64,000 nucleotides of DNA. Origin: Sphagnum compactum. Taxonomy: Eukaryota. The position numbers and the translations under genes were made by a program. Below are positions 13,590-25,620 of the stretch, piece after piece; positions within the stretch are counted from its first letter, which is position 1, and each line of letters opens with the position of its first letter. The notes under the pieces were generated by a model, which saw nothing but the letters and a program-made list of their open reading frames with translations, ran no database searches and was not told the origin of the DNA. The stretch lies in the NCBI GenBank assembly GCA_965153455.1, contig OZ234493.1:18218213-18282212 (forward strand). Direction: 5' to 3'.

Positions 13590-16500
13590 TATTGTCCTCC
13601 GAGTCCTCCCTCCGACTCTTCGTCTGTCTTCACAAACTCGCTTGCGCCTTCATCCACGCTCAACTCCTCTTTGTAAATCTGCACGGCTTCAAGTCTGTGA
13701 GAGCTGAGACTTGACGACGAATCGTTCTGACTCTACGCGAAATATAATTTGGTTTCCTTAGATAGCAAATCCTTGGACGTTTAATTCTTTGGCATCAAGC
13801 TTTTGGTCTTTCTGCTCTGCGCTTTTCCTCGCTCAAAGCTTGGACACTTCGCGACAAAAAACACATTAACATAATCGGCAGATTTGATTCTATTACGTCT
13901 TCCCAGTCAATTCCTAATGACCTCCACCTAAATTGGTTCATTTTGGGTTCACCTGTTTCGGGCAGCATCCAAAATAATGAATAGGAAGGGTTCTTAGGAA
14001 GGGCTACATATTAGTCCAGGCCAAAAATAGTGGCAGCCAAGGGAAGGGAAGGGAAGGGGGGGTGGAGAGAAGGGTTGTTTTTTTTTCAAGTTGTGTTCGG
14101 TGTGGAGAGTGGACTGTCCATTGTTCACTTTCCACTTGGACAGTGGACAGTTGAATTTCCATGGAAGATTAGCTTCTTTTTTCTTCTTTTTGGGTTGTGA
14201 GGGGGTTGTTTGGGGGGGGGGGGGGGGGGGGGGGGGGGAAACCCTAAACCCAGGTTTTTTGAAATGCCTCATGGGTTTTTTATGAAATGCTTTGTATATC
14301 TCCAAATAAACGAACAAAAAAATCTTGAAGCTTTTGATTAGTGTTGTGTGGGTATATTGTTTTCGATATGTCCTTGGGTAAAGGTAATAATAATATTCAG
14401 AATTTTTCGTTAGGTTAGGGTTAGGGTATATATATATATATATATTTTTGGGGGTAAATGTGTAGGCTTTGGGTACCTCTTATCATATACCCCTTTGGGG
14501 GTAAAAAATGGGTATATATTAATCATGTATTTATTTAAATATTTAAAATTAAAAGAAAATTTCCACATTTTGGACTTTTAAAAATAAATTCTAGAGGTCA
14601 ATTACAATGTCAAAATGCAAAAATCAAAATGTTTGATTCGTCCTTGATTAGGATAGACATCCTTATGAGTGAATATTTCGTGGACAATGATTTCATGGTT
14701 GATGTTGGATTGGTGATGGAGTGGGAAGATAATTTGTAACTCATCTTTGAATGCTTGGTATGAAAATTTGGGTAAGGATGACATTCTAAAATGTTTAACT
14801 ATTGTGTGTTGGTTTTTAAAAAAAAAGTTCAGACTATTTTTATTGGAATGCAAATTTCTATAAAATGGTGTGGAGGAATAATGCCATTCCGGAACCTATT
14901 TTTTGTTTTTTAAACATGCAATTTGTATTCTCACTCAATCATTTCTTTAGATAATGTAGTTTGTTAATGACTATGAATAATAATAGTATTCTGAGATCAG
15001 AAGCAAACTTGTTTCATTTGTTGTGATTATATCATCAGTATGTTATGTTCTAATTTGTTCTAGTCATGTGTGTTGTGTTTGTTCAGTAATCTCTGTTGGG
15101 AGTTGGGATCATTAGGGATGGGGTATTGTTTCAATCCATAATAAGATTGCCAAAGAAAGGACAATTGTGCTTATGAGAGAGAGAGTTTGGAGTGCATTGA
15201 TCCTTGAAGACTCATAGTTTTAAGTTTAGTTGATAATCTAAAAATGGATTCATAGATTTGTTGTTTGAAAAACTCATTAATGTTAAAGTTATGAAGAGAC
15301 TTGTTGCAGTTGAACACGTGTATGACTAAATAAGTTGCGATTTGCCTCTTGTTTCTTTTCGTTACATGTTCTAATAAACTTTTGAATCATCTAATTTTGT
15401 TAAGTAATGTGAAAGTTATGACTTTTCAAAATAAGATGAATCCCATTTGAAATATATCCCACACAAACCTATCACTTCTAGCATGTGCACTTTTACCACA
15501 CATTAATAATCTGAATTTTCTCCTATATGGTTTACCCAATGTTTTCACCTTTTCATTTATATATTTAAGCCAAAAAGAGACTTTTTATATTACATAAAAA
15601 CTTATATTTTAGGAAGCTTTCAAAGCTTTATTTTTATTTATTTATTTACAACGAGCCAATCAAATTGATCAATTATAAAAACAAAAAAATTAAAAAAACA
15701 AGGGATCTGCAAGGCACCCCATTTAATTAATAGAATTGACAAACTTTAGGGTTTAAAGCATATTTGCATTAATTATTTTTATCTAGATGTTAAAACATAT
15801 CTAATAATGGGTGTGGGTATTTCTAACATATATTTAGGGTTATGATTAAGGTTTTTTAAAAAAAATTACATGCCTTTGAATATGCATTTCATCAGAAAAT
15901 GTTGATTTGAAAAATAAATAAATAATATACACTATTTATACTTGGTGAATATATATGGGTAAAAATTATACTTGTACATTGAGTTTTACATATTGTAGGA
16001 CCTTGTAGTTTCAACACTAAATTATATTATTTTTCAAAAATGTTGAAAATTTTTAAAACCAATTTTTTCAAGAACAATTTTTTTTGAAGGAAACTAGATA
16101 ATCTTTTAAATATTTTGGATTTTTTTCAACATAAACTTTCAAAATAAAATGTTTAATCGATACCAAATGTCGAACTTGTCATACTATGGTATAAAGGAAG
16201 GCTTGTGAAGGCTTCACTTAATTTGAAAGTTGTAATCTTGAAGGAGTAAGCTTTCGAGGTTTTATAGTTTAAATGGTAGAATATTTGCATTTGATTAGTG
16301 CAATATTTTTCCAATCGATGAAAGAATCTTTCATAGAAGGACTTAATCCTTCCAGATACAAAGCAAATGACCTTAAAATGTTTTCCATGTAAAAAGTAAA
16401 GGTCTACATCTTAATTGCTTATCAACACTTATTGTTAATGAAATAATATTTGTGTTAGCACCCAACACCATTAACAAGTTATGAAGTTTACATTAACACT

Positions 16501-16932
16501 AAAGAACTAACTGCAAATGTGTTGACACTTAGTGATAAATTAATTTAGGTTTTTCTTTTGAAATATATTTTAAAACATAACAAAAAATAATCCCTATTCA
16601 AAAGTATGTGACATTATCGTGGCATGATGGTTATTTTCACATTTGTCAACTACAAAGTCATCATTATTTCATTGGTACATCATCCTTAATTTGTTGTCCA
16701 TTAATAACATCATACATGATAGTGATATATCATAATACCTTGGTAGATTCGACACATGAATGTGGAATAATTAATTTAAGTTTAGTTTTCTAGTTTGGCA
16801 CCTGGTTTTTTAATTCTAAAATTTTTGACAATAAATAATAAATGGTTAGAATGTAGTTTGTTACATGTAGCATGCAAGGTTATGGGCATAACTATATAAG
16901 GCCCATACAAGGTGGAGTTGAAGCAAGCTTGA

Positions 16933-17500
16933 TTTTTTTTTAAAAATTAATTTATTTTTTGTCACAAATGAAAAAGTTCATTATGAAGGAAAAGGAACCA
17001 CAAAGGACCCCACCACAGGGGAGTGCTAACAAGCGCTCAAATAAACCTAACTAATGAAGCCCCTACAGAGGCTATAATAACACCATTTAATGAACATGCC
17101 TTCCCTCACACAAATGACATGATTATTTCCCCATCCCTTATCAAAGTTTTCCAAAAACATTTGTTCAGAAGTCGGGGACTAGCTTATTTTTTTGACACAC
17201 CATCTCCAAGCAACCCTACCATAATCAAGCAAAACATCCCAAATGGCTTTTTGGATCCTACAACCATTCCATCTCACATTATTAAAGACCAAATCATTAT
17301 GTTCAATCCAAATAGACCATAAAGTGATGCCTTTAAAGGAAGACCATATATTTTCCACATGATGAAGGTGCCTTGGTACCCTAGCAATGGAAGTAGCATG
17401 CTTCCATTACATTGGAGAGGCAAGCTAAAATGGTTTAGCTACCTAGAATCAAATTGACACCATTTTGTCAAAACCGAACAAGAATGGGCCTATGAAATTA
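16933..17500 (-). mobile_element. 5'-truncated L1-type LINE fragment (ORF2 C-terminus)
   Basis: The minus strand at ~17340-17180 reads KGITLWSIWIEHNDLVFNNVRW...IWDVLLDYGRVAW, matching the LWxIWxERNxxVF motif of plant L1 ORF2. T-runs at ~16933-16960 are consistent with a poly(A) tail. Confidence 0.6.
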
Positions 17501-18084
17501 ACCTTTTCTTAGATCCAAAACCATTAAAAAAATATTCATGAAAACAAGGTCAAGATTTTAAAGTGAGAAAGTTGATTTTTTTTAAAAACTTAATAAGTAG
17601 GCTTAACTTTATAGTTAAATTTAAATTAGTTATTAAAGGTTGTAATTAATCCCTGTACTAATTGATTCTTGTTTTAATTCGTTGGAAAACTTTAATCTCC
17701 AGCATTGGGGAGTGTGTAGTGTGTACATGAAACTGGACCTGGACCTGATTTGTGCCACCAAAAAAAACAAAAAAAAAAAAAAAAAAAAACTGGACCCGAT
17801 TTTTGAACTAGGCTCTAAGCTTTTTCCCAAAATATGTGCTAAATTGAAACTCAAGGATTTAGAAATTGGAAGAACCCTGCCCAAACCCCCCATCAAGAAA
17901 ACCTCCAAATAAATTTCACAATCTCAAAACTGGGATTGAGACCGAGGTTCTCTTACTAGACAATTAGAAAGCATTCCCGAAAATGCACTAAGAAACTGGG
18001 CAGAGGTTTTTACAATTGACAATTAGAGCTTTCTTTGCATTTTCGAAGTCTTGAGTCACCCATCATTTGTAACACCCACACTAA

Positions 18085-21000
18085 CTTCAATATTGCATTG
18101 ATGTGTCATAAGATTCGAGCTTTCTTCATTTGCGAAGTATGCTCGAATACACATGGGGCCAGGCGTGGCGCACCGCCCTCGTTCAAATCTCCTTAGCCAT
18201 GAACCCGGTGTGTCATTGAAGCGCACTGCTCGGAGACCGTTCGATCCCCGGTCAACGCCCCTCACTCCGCTGCATCAAGTCCGCCCTCCGCATTGGCACG
18301 TACAACGTCACAACCTTGAATAGCGACAACATTAGCACGGAGTTGGTGGCAGCGGATTTCGCGTAAGCCATGTTAGCGCGGCAGCAGCTCCTCCTGTGTG
18401 GCATGCAGGAGACCCACTGGCTGGATAGCGGGGAGCTGGATGCAGCAAGATATCGCTTCCTGTGCTCGGGCCATCCGGCGGGGTACAAGCGCGAGCATGG
18501 CGTGGCGCTGGTGCTGGCACCGCAGGCAATAGCGGCCTTGCTAGTCTGGGAGCCGCTCAGCCCGCACCTGCTGTACGCCAAGCTGCAGCTGGAGAAGGGC
18601 CTCAAACTCTGGGTGCTGGTGGTTTATGCTCCCACCGAAACTAGTAGTAGTGCCGCCAAGGATGAGTTCTATCAGCAGCTTGACGACATGACTAGCACTG
18701 TGCCAACACGCAATGTGTTGCTACTGCTGGGCGACTTCAACATGCAGTTCGACTCAGATTGGTGCACTTGGGGCGACACCTTAGGTCGCCACAGCGCGCC
18801 GTGTGGCAGCCAGCGGGGGGGCAATAGTCAGCCCACATAGCCGTGAGAAAATGGCTTGCGCTTGCTCAACTTTAATCGCCACCGCAGCCTTGTGGTTGCC
18901 TCTACGTTCCATCAACGCCGGCGGCGGCTGAAGATGACGTGGTGCCACCCCAACAGTTGGGCCAACGACACTGCCATTGACCACATCCTAGTCTTGGGGC
19001 GACATCGTAGCAGCATCAGCCAAGCTCGCACATTCCGCATTGTGCGCTACAGCCGGCCGCATGAAAGTAGCAGCAGCAATAACAGCAGCGTCGACGACAC
19101 CCCCCACAACCTGGTTGGTGCGGAACTGCGCATGCGTTTCAGCACAGCACCGCGCACCAACTGCGCCCCCACCACCAAGGGCTTCGCCACACAGCGACTG
19201 CGCAACTGCAGGACCCGACAATGGCTGCAGCCTGCAGCCTACAATGCAGCAACCACTTCGCAGCCCTGGCAGAGCAGTAACCTACCGACTACACTACAGG
19301 ATGCAGCGTGTTGCTTGCCGCCACCGATGAGGTGCTTGGCTGCGCGCCCTGCCGCCACAGTGGGCCATCCCGCCAATTGGACGAGCCAGCACAGTGACTG
19401 GTTGACGCCAAGATCGCCGCATCCGTGGCACTTGCGGTTGCCAACATGCTCGAGGAGTAGTAGCTTGCGTGACAGTAAGTCAAGCAGTCCGCCCGCTGCC
19501 TCAGCAAGTCACTTGGACGGTTGGACGAGGAGGCGCTAGCGGCGTAAGGGAGGCGACTGGAGCAGCTCATGGCGGAGGGCAAGACTCACGAGGCGCACCA
19601 GCAGCTGTGCAAAATTGTGGGTGGGGGCCGTCTACGGGCTGCAGACGTTGTTTTGGAAGTTGGGGGTGAGCGAGTTTCAGACCCCGCCACCAAGGTGGAG
19701 GCTTGCGCTGCTCACTTTGAGAGGCTACTCAATTGTGCGCGGGATGTGGAGCTGCTGTTCGCGCACCCACCGGCTCATCGCCCGCCTCGAGAGCCGTCGC
19801 CCTCAACCCCCAACCTGCCCGCGACCTTCTCAGCAGCCTAGGTTGTCGCGCTCCCCCTCCCCCTGGTGGTCCCCCGTCCCCAATTTCCACTGAACCGCCC
19901 ACGCGCGAGGAGAGTGCCACGGCCATCCGCAGTTTGGCAAATAATAAATTTCCTGGGGTTGATGGGGTCACATCCGAGTTGCTGAAAAATGGCGACGAAG
20001 CTGTCCTCTTTTGGTTGCACACACTTTGCGCCAACGCCTGGGTCTCCGGGGCTGCCCCCGTTGAGTGGAAGCGCGCTTGCATGATTTTGTCGCATAAAAA
20101 AGGCAGCCGTGCCCTACTTTCCAACTACGGCAACATCAGCCTGCTGGACGTCTGTGGCAAGGTCTACACAAAGATCCTGCAAGTGCGACTCCAGCAAAGC
20201 CTGGACTCTAGCATGGGCGAGTGGCAGATGGGCTTCCGCCCTTAGCGCTCTTGCACCGACGCCACCTGGGTGGCAGCACACCTCATCACCTAGTCTAGGG
20301 AGCACTAGCGGCCGTTGTTCATCTGCTTTGTGGACCTTGCAAAGGCTTATGACAACATCAATCGTGCTGCCCTGTGGTTTGTGCTGCGACATCAAGGGGT
20401 GCTGGACAAGTTTGTTGACGTTTTGGTTGACCTACACGAAGGCTCAGTGGCCACCGTCAAGGCTTTTGGCGTCGAGTCCAGGCCCTGCGACACACGGGGC
20501 GGGGTGCGGCAGGGATGCAACATAGCCCCAACACTATTCAATCTGTTTTTGGACTTTATCAGTCTACGCGTGAGTTCAGGCCGTCCTCGGGGTCAAGATT
20601 GCATTCTCCTACCAGGACCGCCCCTGCCAAGTGGATGTTGGCAGCTTGTCGGATGAGGTCTAGATAGCCATGCTCCTCTATGCAGACGACATGGCTTTGC
20701 TCGCCGACACCGCTAGAGAGCTGGAGCGCCTGGTTTGCATCTTGGAGGCCGTCACCCAGCGATGGGGCCTCGCTATCAACACTAGCAAGACCAAATTGCT
20801 CTTCTTGAACGCTGAGACCTGCCCCAACATCAACATCCGGGGGGAGCAACTTGAGCAGGTGCATGATTTCACCCACCTGCGCATCGCATTATCAGACTCG
20901 GGCACTTTCGACTAGGAATATCACACACGTGTCGCCAGGGCACAGAGCAAATTTGCACAACTCCAAATGATATTGACTAACCAGGTGTTGCATCTTGGCA

Positions 21001-21695
21001 CCAAAATCATTTTCTACCGTGCCTTTGTGCTGCCCACTTTGTTGTATGGCTGCGAGTCTTGGGCGCTCCGGCCGCAGCAGTGGAAGCAGCTGGATGTCAT
21101 GCACAATTACTTTTTGAGGCGCATTTTAGGCATAAGCCTACTGGACAAGGTGCTGTTGCCAACATCCTCCAGCGGTGCAAAATCCCTAGCGTGGTTACGT
21201 TGCTAAGCCACATTTGCAGGCGCTGGGTCGGGCACATCGCACGCATGGACGACCAGCGTCTGCCCAAAAGGTGCTGTTTGGCCGCTTGCCAGAGGGCCGC
21301 AGGCGTCCCGGCAAGCAAAAGGCCCGCATCCAGGATGCATAGAGCCTAGACATTGTTAGTTTGAACAAGCATTTTCACTGGCAGCGACACGACGGACAAC
21401 AACGGTGGGACACGGGGCAGGTCGGGGACCGGGCTAGATGGGCGACGTGCTTGGATGCACTCTGGCCGCGTAAGCCACTCTCGACAGTGGCGGAGCTCAT
21501 ACCTCCACGTGTAATTGATTGATTGATTGATGCTCAAAAGTGCAACCCTTGGGATATGACTTCATATTGTATTGATGTGTGTTATAAGATTCAAGATTTC
21601 TTCATTTGCAAAGTATGCTTAAAAGTGCAACCCTTGGGATACGACTTCACACTGCATTGATGTGTAGTAAGATTCGAGATTTCTTCATGTGCAAA
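18085..21695. repeat. ~84-bp tandem repeat (about 3 units) interrupted by the RTE LINE
   Basis: The unit CTTCA..TGCATTGATGTGT..TAAGATTC.AG.TTTCTTCATTTGC.AAGTATGCT.AAAAGTGCAACCCTTGGGATA starts at ~18085 and is broken at 18144. It resumes at 21530, with further units at ~21560 and ~21644. Confidence 0.8.
18145..21529 (+). mobile_element. Full-length RTE-clade non-LTR retrotransposon (APE endonuclease + RT), inactivated
   Basis: One disrupted ORF starts at ATG 18199. APE motifs are RIGTYNV, MQETHW, GVALVL, VVYAPT, LLGDFN, TWCHP and IDHILV. RT motifs are PGVDGVTSELLK, QMGFRP, FVDLAKAYD, GVRQGC, LLYADD, GLAINTSKTK, LYGCESW and RWVGHIARM. The 3' tail is (GATT)n at ~21514-21529, and the TSD ATGCTC lies at 18139-18144 and 21530-21535. 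Confidence 0.95.
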
Positions 21696-22904
21696 TTTGT
21701 GAATAACGAGTTCTCAAATCTGTGGGTGGTGGATACTCTGCATCGACTATCCTTCACAACTTTATGTCTTGAAGTTGTATTCGAGACCTTCCACTCGAAT
21801 TCTCTTTAATTGTTTGTTTTTCGACCAGGTTGTTTACATTGATTTTTCGAGCTCAGCGATGGGTTGTGGGACGTCAGACAGCGTTTTAGAAATGTCTTTA
21901 CTTCTAAAACTGACACCATACTCCATTTCACTCTAAATGTTGTTGGGAAGCAAGCAAGATGAAGATGCATGTTGTTGTGTCCGGGAAAGATTCATGTGAA
22001 CTCTTGAATAGTAGGGCAAGCGCATGGGAGAAATCACAAGCACCGTGGAAGAAGCTCTACGGTTGTCTGGCCGCTGTCATGCACCACTTTCTTTCGTGGC
22101 ATGACATTCCATCTGGGCATCAGTCGCACAGGAAATATCACACTTTCGTAATACCTCCGCTTCGCAACAATGCCTCTGGTTTTACATTCCTCAACAACTC
22201 AAACAAACAACGTCTCTATCCAGGATTTCGTGAAGAGAATAGAGAACCACAGCAGTAGTACGCTAACGAAAAGATCGCAATAACATAGAAGGGTATGCAG
22301 CCGGCAAATGCAACGAGCACGGGACAACAGCAGCAGCTATGAGTACATCTACTGATGTGGGAGCTAGAACGATGCCAACAAGTTTATAGCAAGCCATCGC
22401 CGCGCGCTCCGATTTGGGCGGTGAACGATTGTAGGGTTAGGGTTTCATGTGAGGGGGAGAGAGCATTTTGGGCATGTCGGATCCGATAGCAGAACTCCGA
22501 TCTCGCTGTTTTCTCGCCGCAGCACGCTCGAAATTTCGAAAAGGCAAGAATTGGTTATTTGCAATCTTAGCAGTTGTTGATATCTTGGGGGCGCTCACAT
22601 GATTGAGAAGACCCTGCCTGCCTTCTCCTTGAAATCCGCTGGCAGAAAGGGAGGCAGGCAGATAGAATGTGCCCATGTGCACCCATAGCTGCTGACCTTT
22701 TTAGCTGGTCCATCTAATTTTCTCTCCTTGCCCTGGGCAATTTGTTAAAAACAAATTCTACACACGGGCAGCACCTATCCTAGTAGCTTGTCCCTGAAAA
22801 GAACCTGAGGATAATGGATGTGAGGAGAGCCAATTGGGTGGCGCCAACATGATCCCAAGGGATGTTTCTTATTTTTTATAAGGGGTGGAGGGTTGAATTC
22901 TCAT

Positions 22905-23125
22905 CAAAGTTCCCAAAGAATTCTGATCAAATTTGTCTTGTTCCTATCAATAACCCATCAAAATTCTTTTGTACTTATTCAAGTTCCCAAACAGTTCCTA
23001 TTTAATTTCTCTTGTTTTCACCAATAACTCATCAAAATTCTTTTGTTTTCATCAAGTTCCCATAAAAATTTCTTTTGTTCCCATCAAGTTCTCATAAAAT
23101 TTCTTTTGTTCCAATCAACTTCGAT
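22905..23125. repeat. Degenerate short tandem array (ATCAAGTTCCC...TTCTTTTGTTCC units)
   Basis: The motif recurs about 6 times with variable spacing. Confidence 0.6.
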
Positions 23126-23286
23126 TTGTTCACAATCGGATGCTCTAAACTTTGGCATTAAAACTTTTTTTTCGCAACTTAGAAACTTGGCTCTTAAGAT
23201 GATTCCATAGTGAGAAAGACTTTAAAAATGTGATTAATTTTTTTTTTCTGAGAAAACACGGTGCGGGTACCTTGTGCAGGGAGAAA

Positions 23287-25620
23287 ATGGCTCTGCAGGA
23301 TGGGCGCCTCAAGAACTAAGCAGGTGAGACTCGTGAGAAACTCGGGCAGAGTGGTAAAAGTCGCGTCACAGTTCCTGGGCAGGGTGGAAAGGGCAGCAGA
23401 AAGTCGGGATTTTCTGCCTGACATGGTTTGTGGAAGATCGCGGGCAGATCTGCTTCTCGCGCGGCAGTCTGCCGCGCTTCGTCCTTCATGTGCGTATTCT
23501 AAGATTTGCAGTGTCCAGGGACAAGCTGCAGTTGTTTGCAGTGAAAGATGGGTCTGAGAGCTTTGCTGTGTGCTTGAGAAGAAAGCAGAACTCTACGTCA
23601 AGCCCTTGAAAGAGGAGAGGTGGCAGATGAAGAAGAAAAGGAGAAGTAGAGTGTAGATTTTCTTATGAAAGGCTACTTGGAGGATGAATTCGAGGATATG
23701 GAGAGGGAACGACGATGAGACGAACTTGTTGACAATTTGAGAGAAGATGATCCAGAGACACTAAACCCGGCAGGTGTGGATGTAGACAAGCAGCGGCATG
23801 GTGTTTGCTGGAGACCAGGAACCACAACAGGGCTTACCCAGGACCAAAAACAAATCATCAGGTTTTTCTATGCAGAATCTTTTTCTGTAAAGAGAAATTG
23901 CACAACATGCTTGACAATCTTGTGCACATATTTAGGAACTCGAACATGCTTAGCTTTGCAGATTTTGAGAGACATTTGCAAGATTATGACCTCACTCTTT
24001 CTTTTCATGTTAGTTTTTCTTTTTGCTGATTGGTTACCTTCATAAGTGTTGTCGCGGAGTTTTCTTTGATTTGTTTTTGTTCTAATGCATTTGGTCTTGT
24101 GAAACCCTGGACACTAATACTGCCATATCTTTTGCAGGGATGTGAACGATGAGACAATTGAAGCTCAAGAGAAGTCATCGTCACTAAAGCAGTGGCAGCA
24201 AATGCAGGCGGAAAAGAACAGGGAGAAATTGTACCTTACATTTCTCAAGAAGCAGGTGGAGAAGCTGAAATTTTCTGCCAAAGGAACATACATGCAACAA
24301 ACCAATTCATAGCTCACACTCAGTGCAATATTTTGCCTGTAAGGCAAAGTATGTTACCATTCAGGTGAGCAGATTGTGAAGAAGCATCAATGCCACCATC
24401 AATGATTAGGGAAAATCCTGAGGTGGCAACATCAGGAGCTGCATATGGAGAAAAGTGATGATGCGGTGTTTATTATACAGCAGCTTCATGGTTGGACACA
24501 GAGTTAGAAAACTCTGTGTTCAGAGTTTTTCCGTACTTGAGACATTGAATGTTATACAGCTGAATCCTAGTTTGGATTTTGGGGGTTTGTGGGGAGATCT
24601 GTGTTTTCAGAGTTTCTTCTACCAGCTGGATTTTGTGTACATTGGAAGTCAGATTGCATGAGTGAAATTGACCTCCAGAGTTGTTCACTCAAATGCATGA
24701 CACATTCTATACATGTGGATTATCTGCCTGCTACCGCTGCATCAGTGAAAATGTCTTCTTGAGTGCTGAGAAGCTGATAGAGTCGACAACAGAATTCTCA
24801 GATAGATAAAACTTCTCAAGAGTTGAGGATTATAATGCTTCTGGGAGCTCTCAGACCACAGACCCAGGCATGCAGACTAGAGAGCAAGAGGAGTTCTTGT
24901 TGTCCTTAAGAGGGGTGGTATCCAGTACATTTATGTGACCAAGATTTCAATTCTCCAGGGATCTTGTCCAGAAATTTCTTCTCACAAACACTGAGCTGCT
25001 GCATTCAAGCTAGCCAGAAACTTCAGAACAAAGTGACAAAGAATAGGTCTTGAGCTTTTTGGGGAAATGCTTACAAAAAAAGTAGTGCATTCAATCCTTG
25101 GAGACAAGTTGAGGTCCAAAGAGCAGCAAGCTGTTATGCAACAAAGCAATTCTCAGTGATCTGATTGAGGGACCAGACTATACAAGAAGCCACCAGAGCT
25201 ATTTTGGAGTGGATCTACAAACTGCTGTTCTTGGAACATGCCCATAGTTTCAGACCAGGTGTCCACTCAGCATTGAGATACACAAAGAAAACCTGGAGAG
25301 GGGTATCCTGGTTTCTACAGTTCAGCATCAGAAGTCAGATGACACGACGTGATTCAGAGACAACTCATGAGAGTTCTCTCAGCGAGGATAGAGGACAAAT
25401 GCTTCATGGATATTTTGAAGCACATGTTCAAAGTAGGAATTGTATGTATGGACATTTTTGCAGACGAGGAGATTCCTCGAGGAAGCCTTCTGTCCCTGCT
25501 TTTGGGGAACATTAACCTCATTAAGCTAGATGAGGAGGTAGTCCAGATAATGAGGAGTTTGAAGGCTCACAAGGGTCAGAGAGGGTTCTGTAGGCAGAGA
25601 AGATAGGGGTGGCGACTAGA
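23287..25620 (+). pseudogene. Nuclear group II intron maturase (MatR/nMAT-like RT) pseudogene
   Basis: 25165-25606 reads, across a frameshift, RDQTIQEATRAILEWIYKLLFLEHAHSFRPG.HSALRYTKKTWRGVSWFLQFSIR and QLMRVLSARIEDKCFMDILKHMFKVG...IPRGSLLSLLLGNINLIKLDEEV, matching group II intron RT subdomains 2-4. Upstream there is an R/S-rich presequence-like segment (~23300-23550), an acidic segment with in-frame stops, and a GT-AG intron at 23862-24137. That these parts belong to one gene is inferred. Confidence 0.7.

Noticed and set aside
18145-18200. Possible HDV-like ribozyme in the RTE 5' UTR
   Set aside because: I could not form the P1/P3/P1.1 nested pseudoknot by eye, and the UTR is only ~54 nt.
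18225-18260. tRNA B-box-like GTTCGATCCCCGG near the 5' end of the LINE (possible SINE/tRNA head)
   Set aside because: It lies inside the LINE reading frame that starts at ATG 18199. No A-box or cloverleaf could be built.
22060-22140. snR30/U17-like m1/m2 motifs (ATATTTCCTG ... GGCCAGACA)
   Set aside because: The basal stem and ACA spacing do not match the canonical 3' hairpin. Kept only as part of the generic ncRNA candidate.
22352-22362. Plant snRNA USE-like TCCCACATCAG on the minus strand
   Set aside because: The TATA box lies upstream rather than 25-35 bp downstream, so the geometry does not fit an snRNA or telomerase-RNA promoter.
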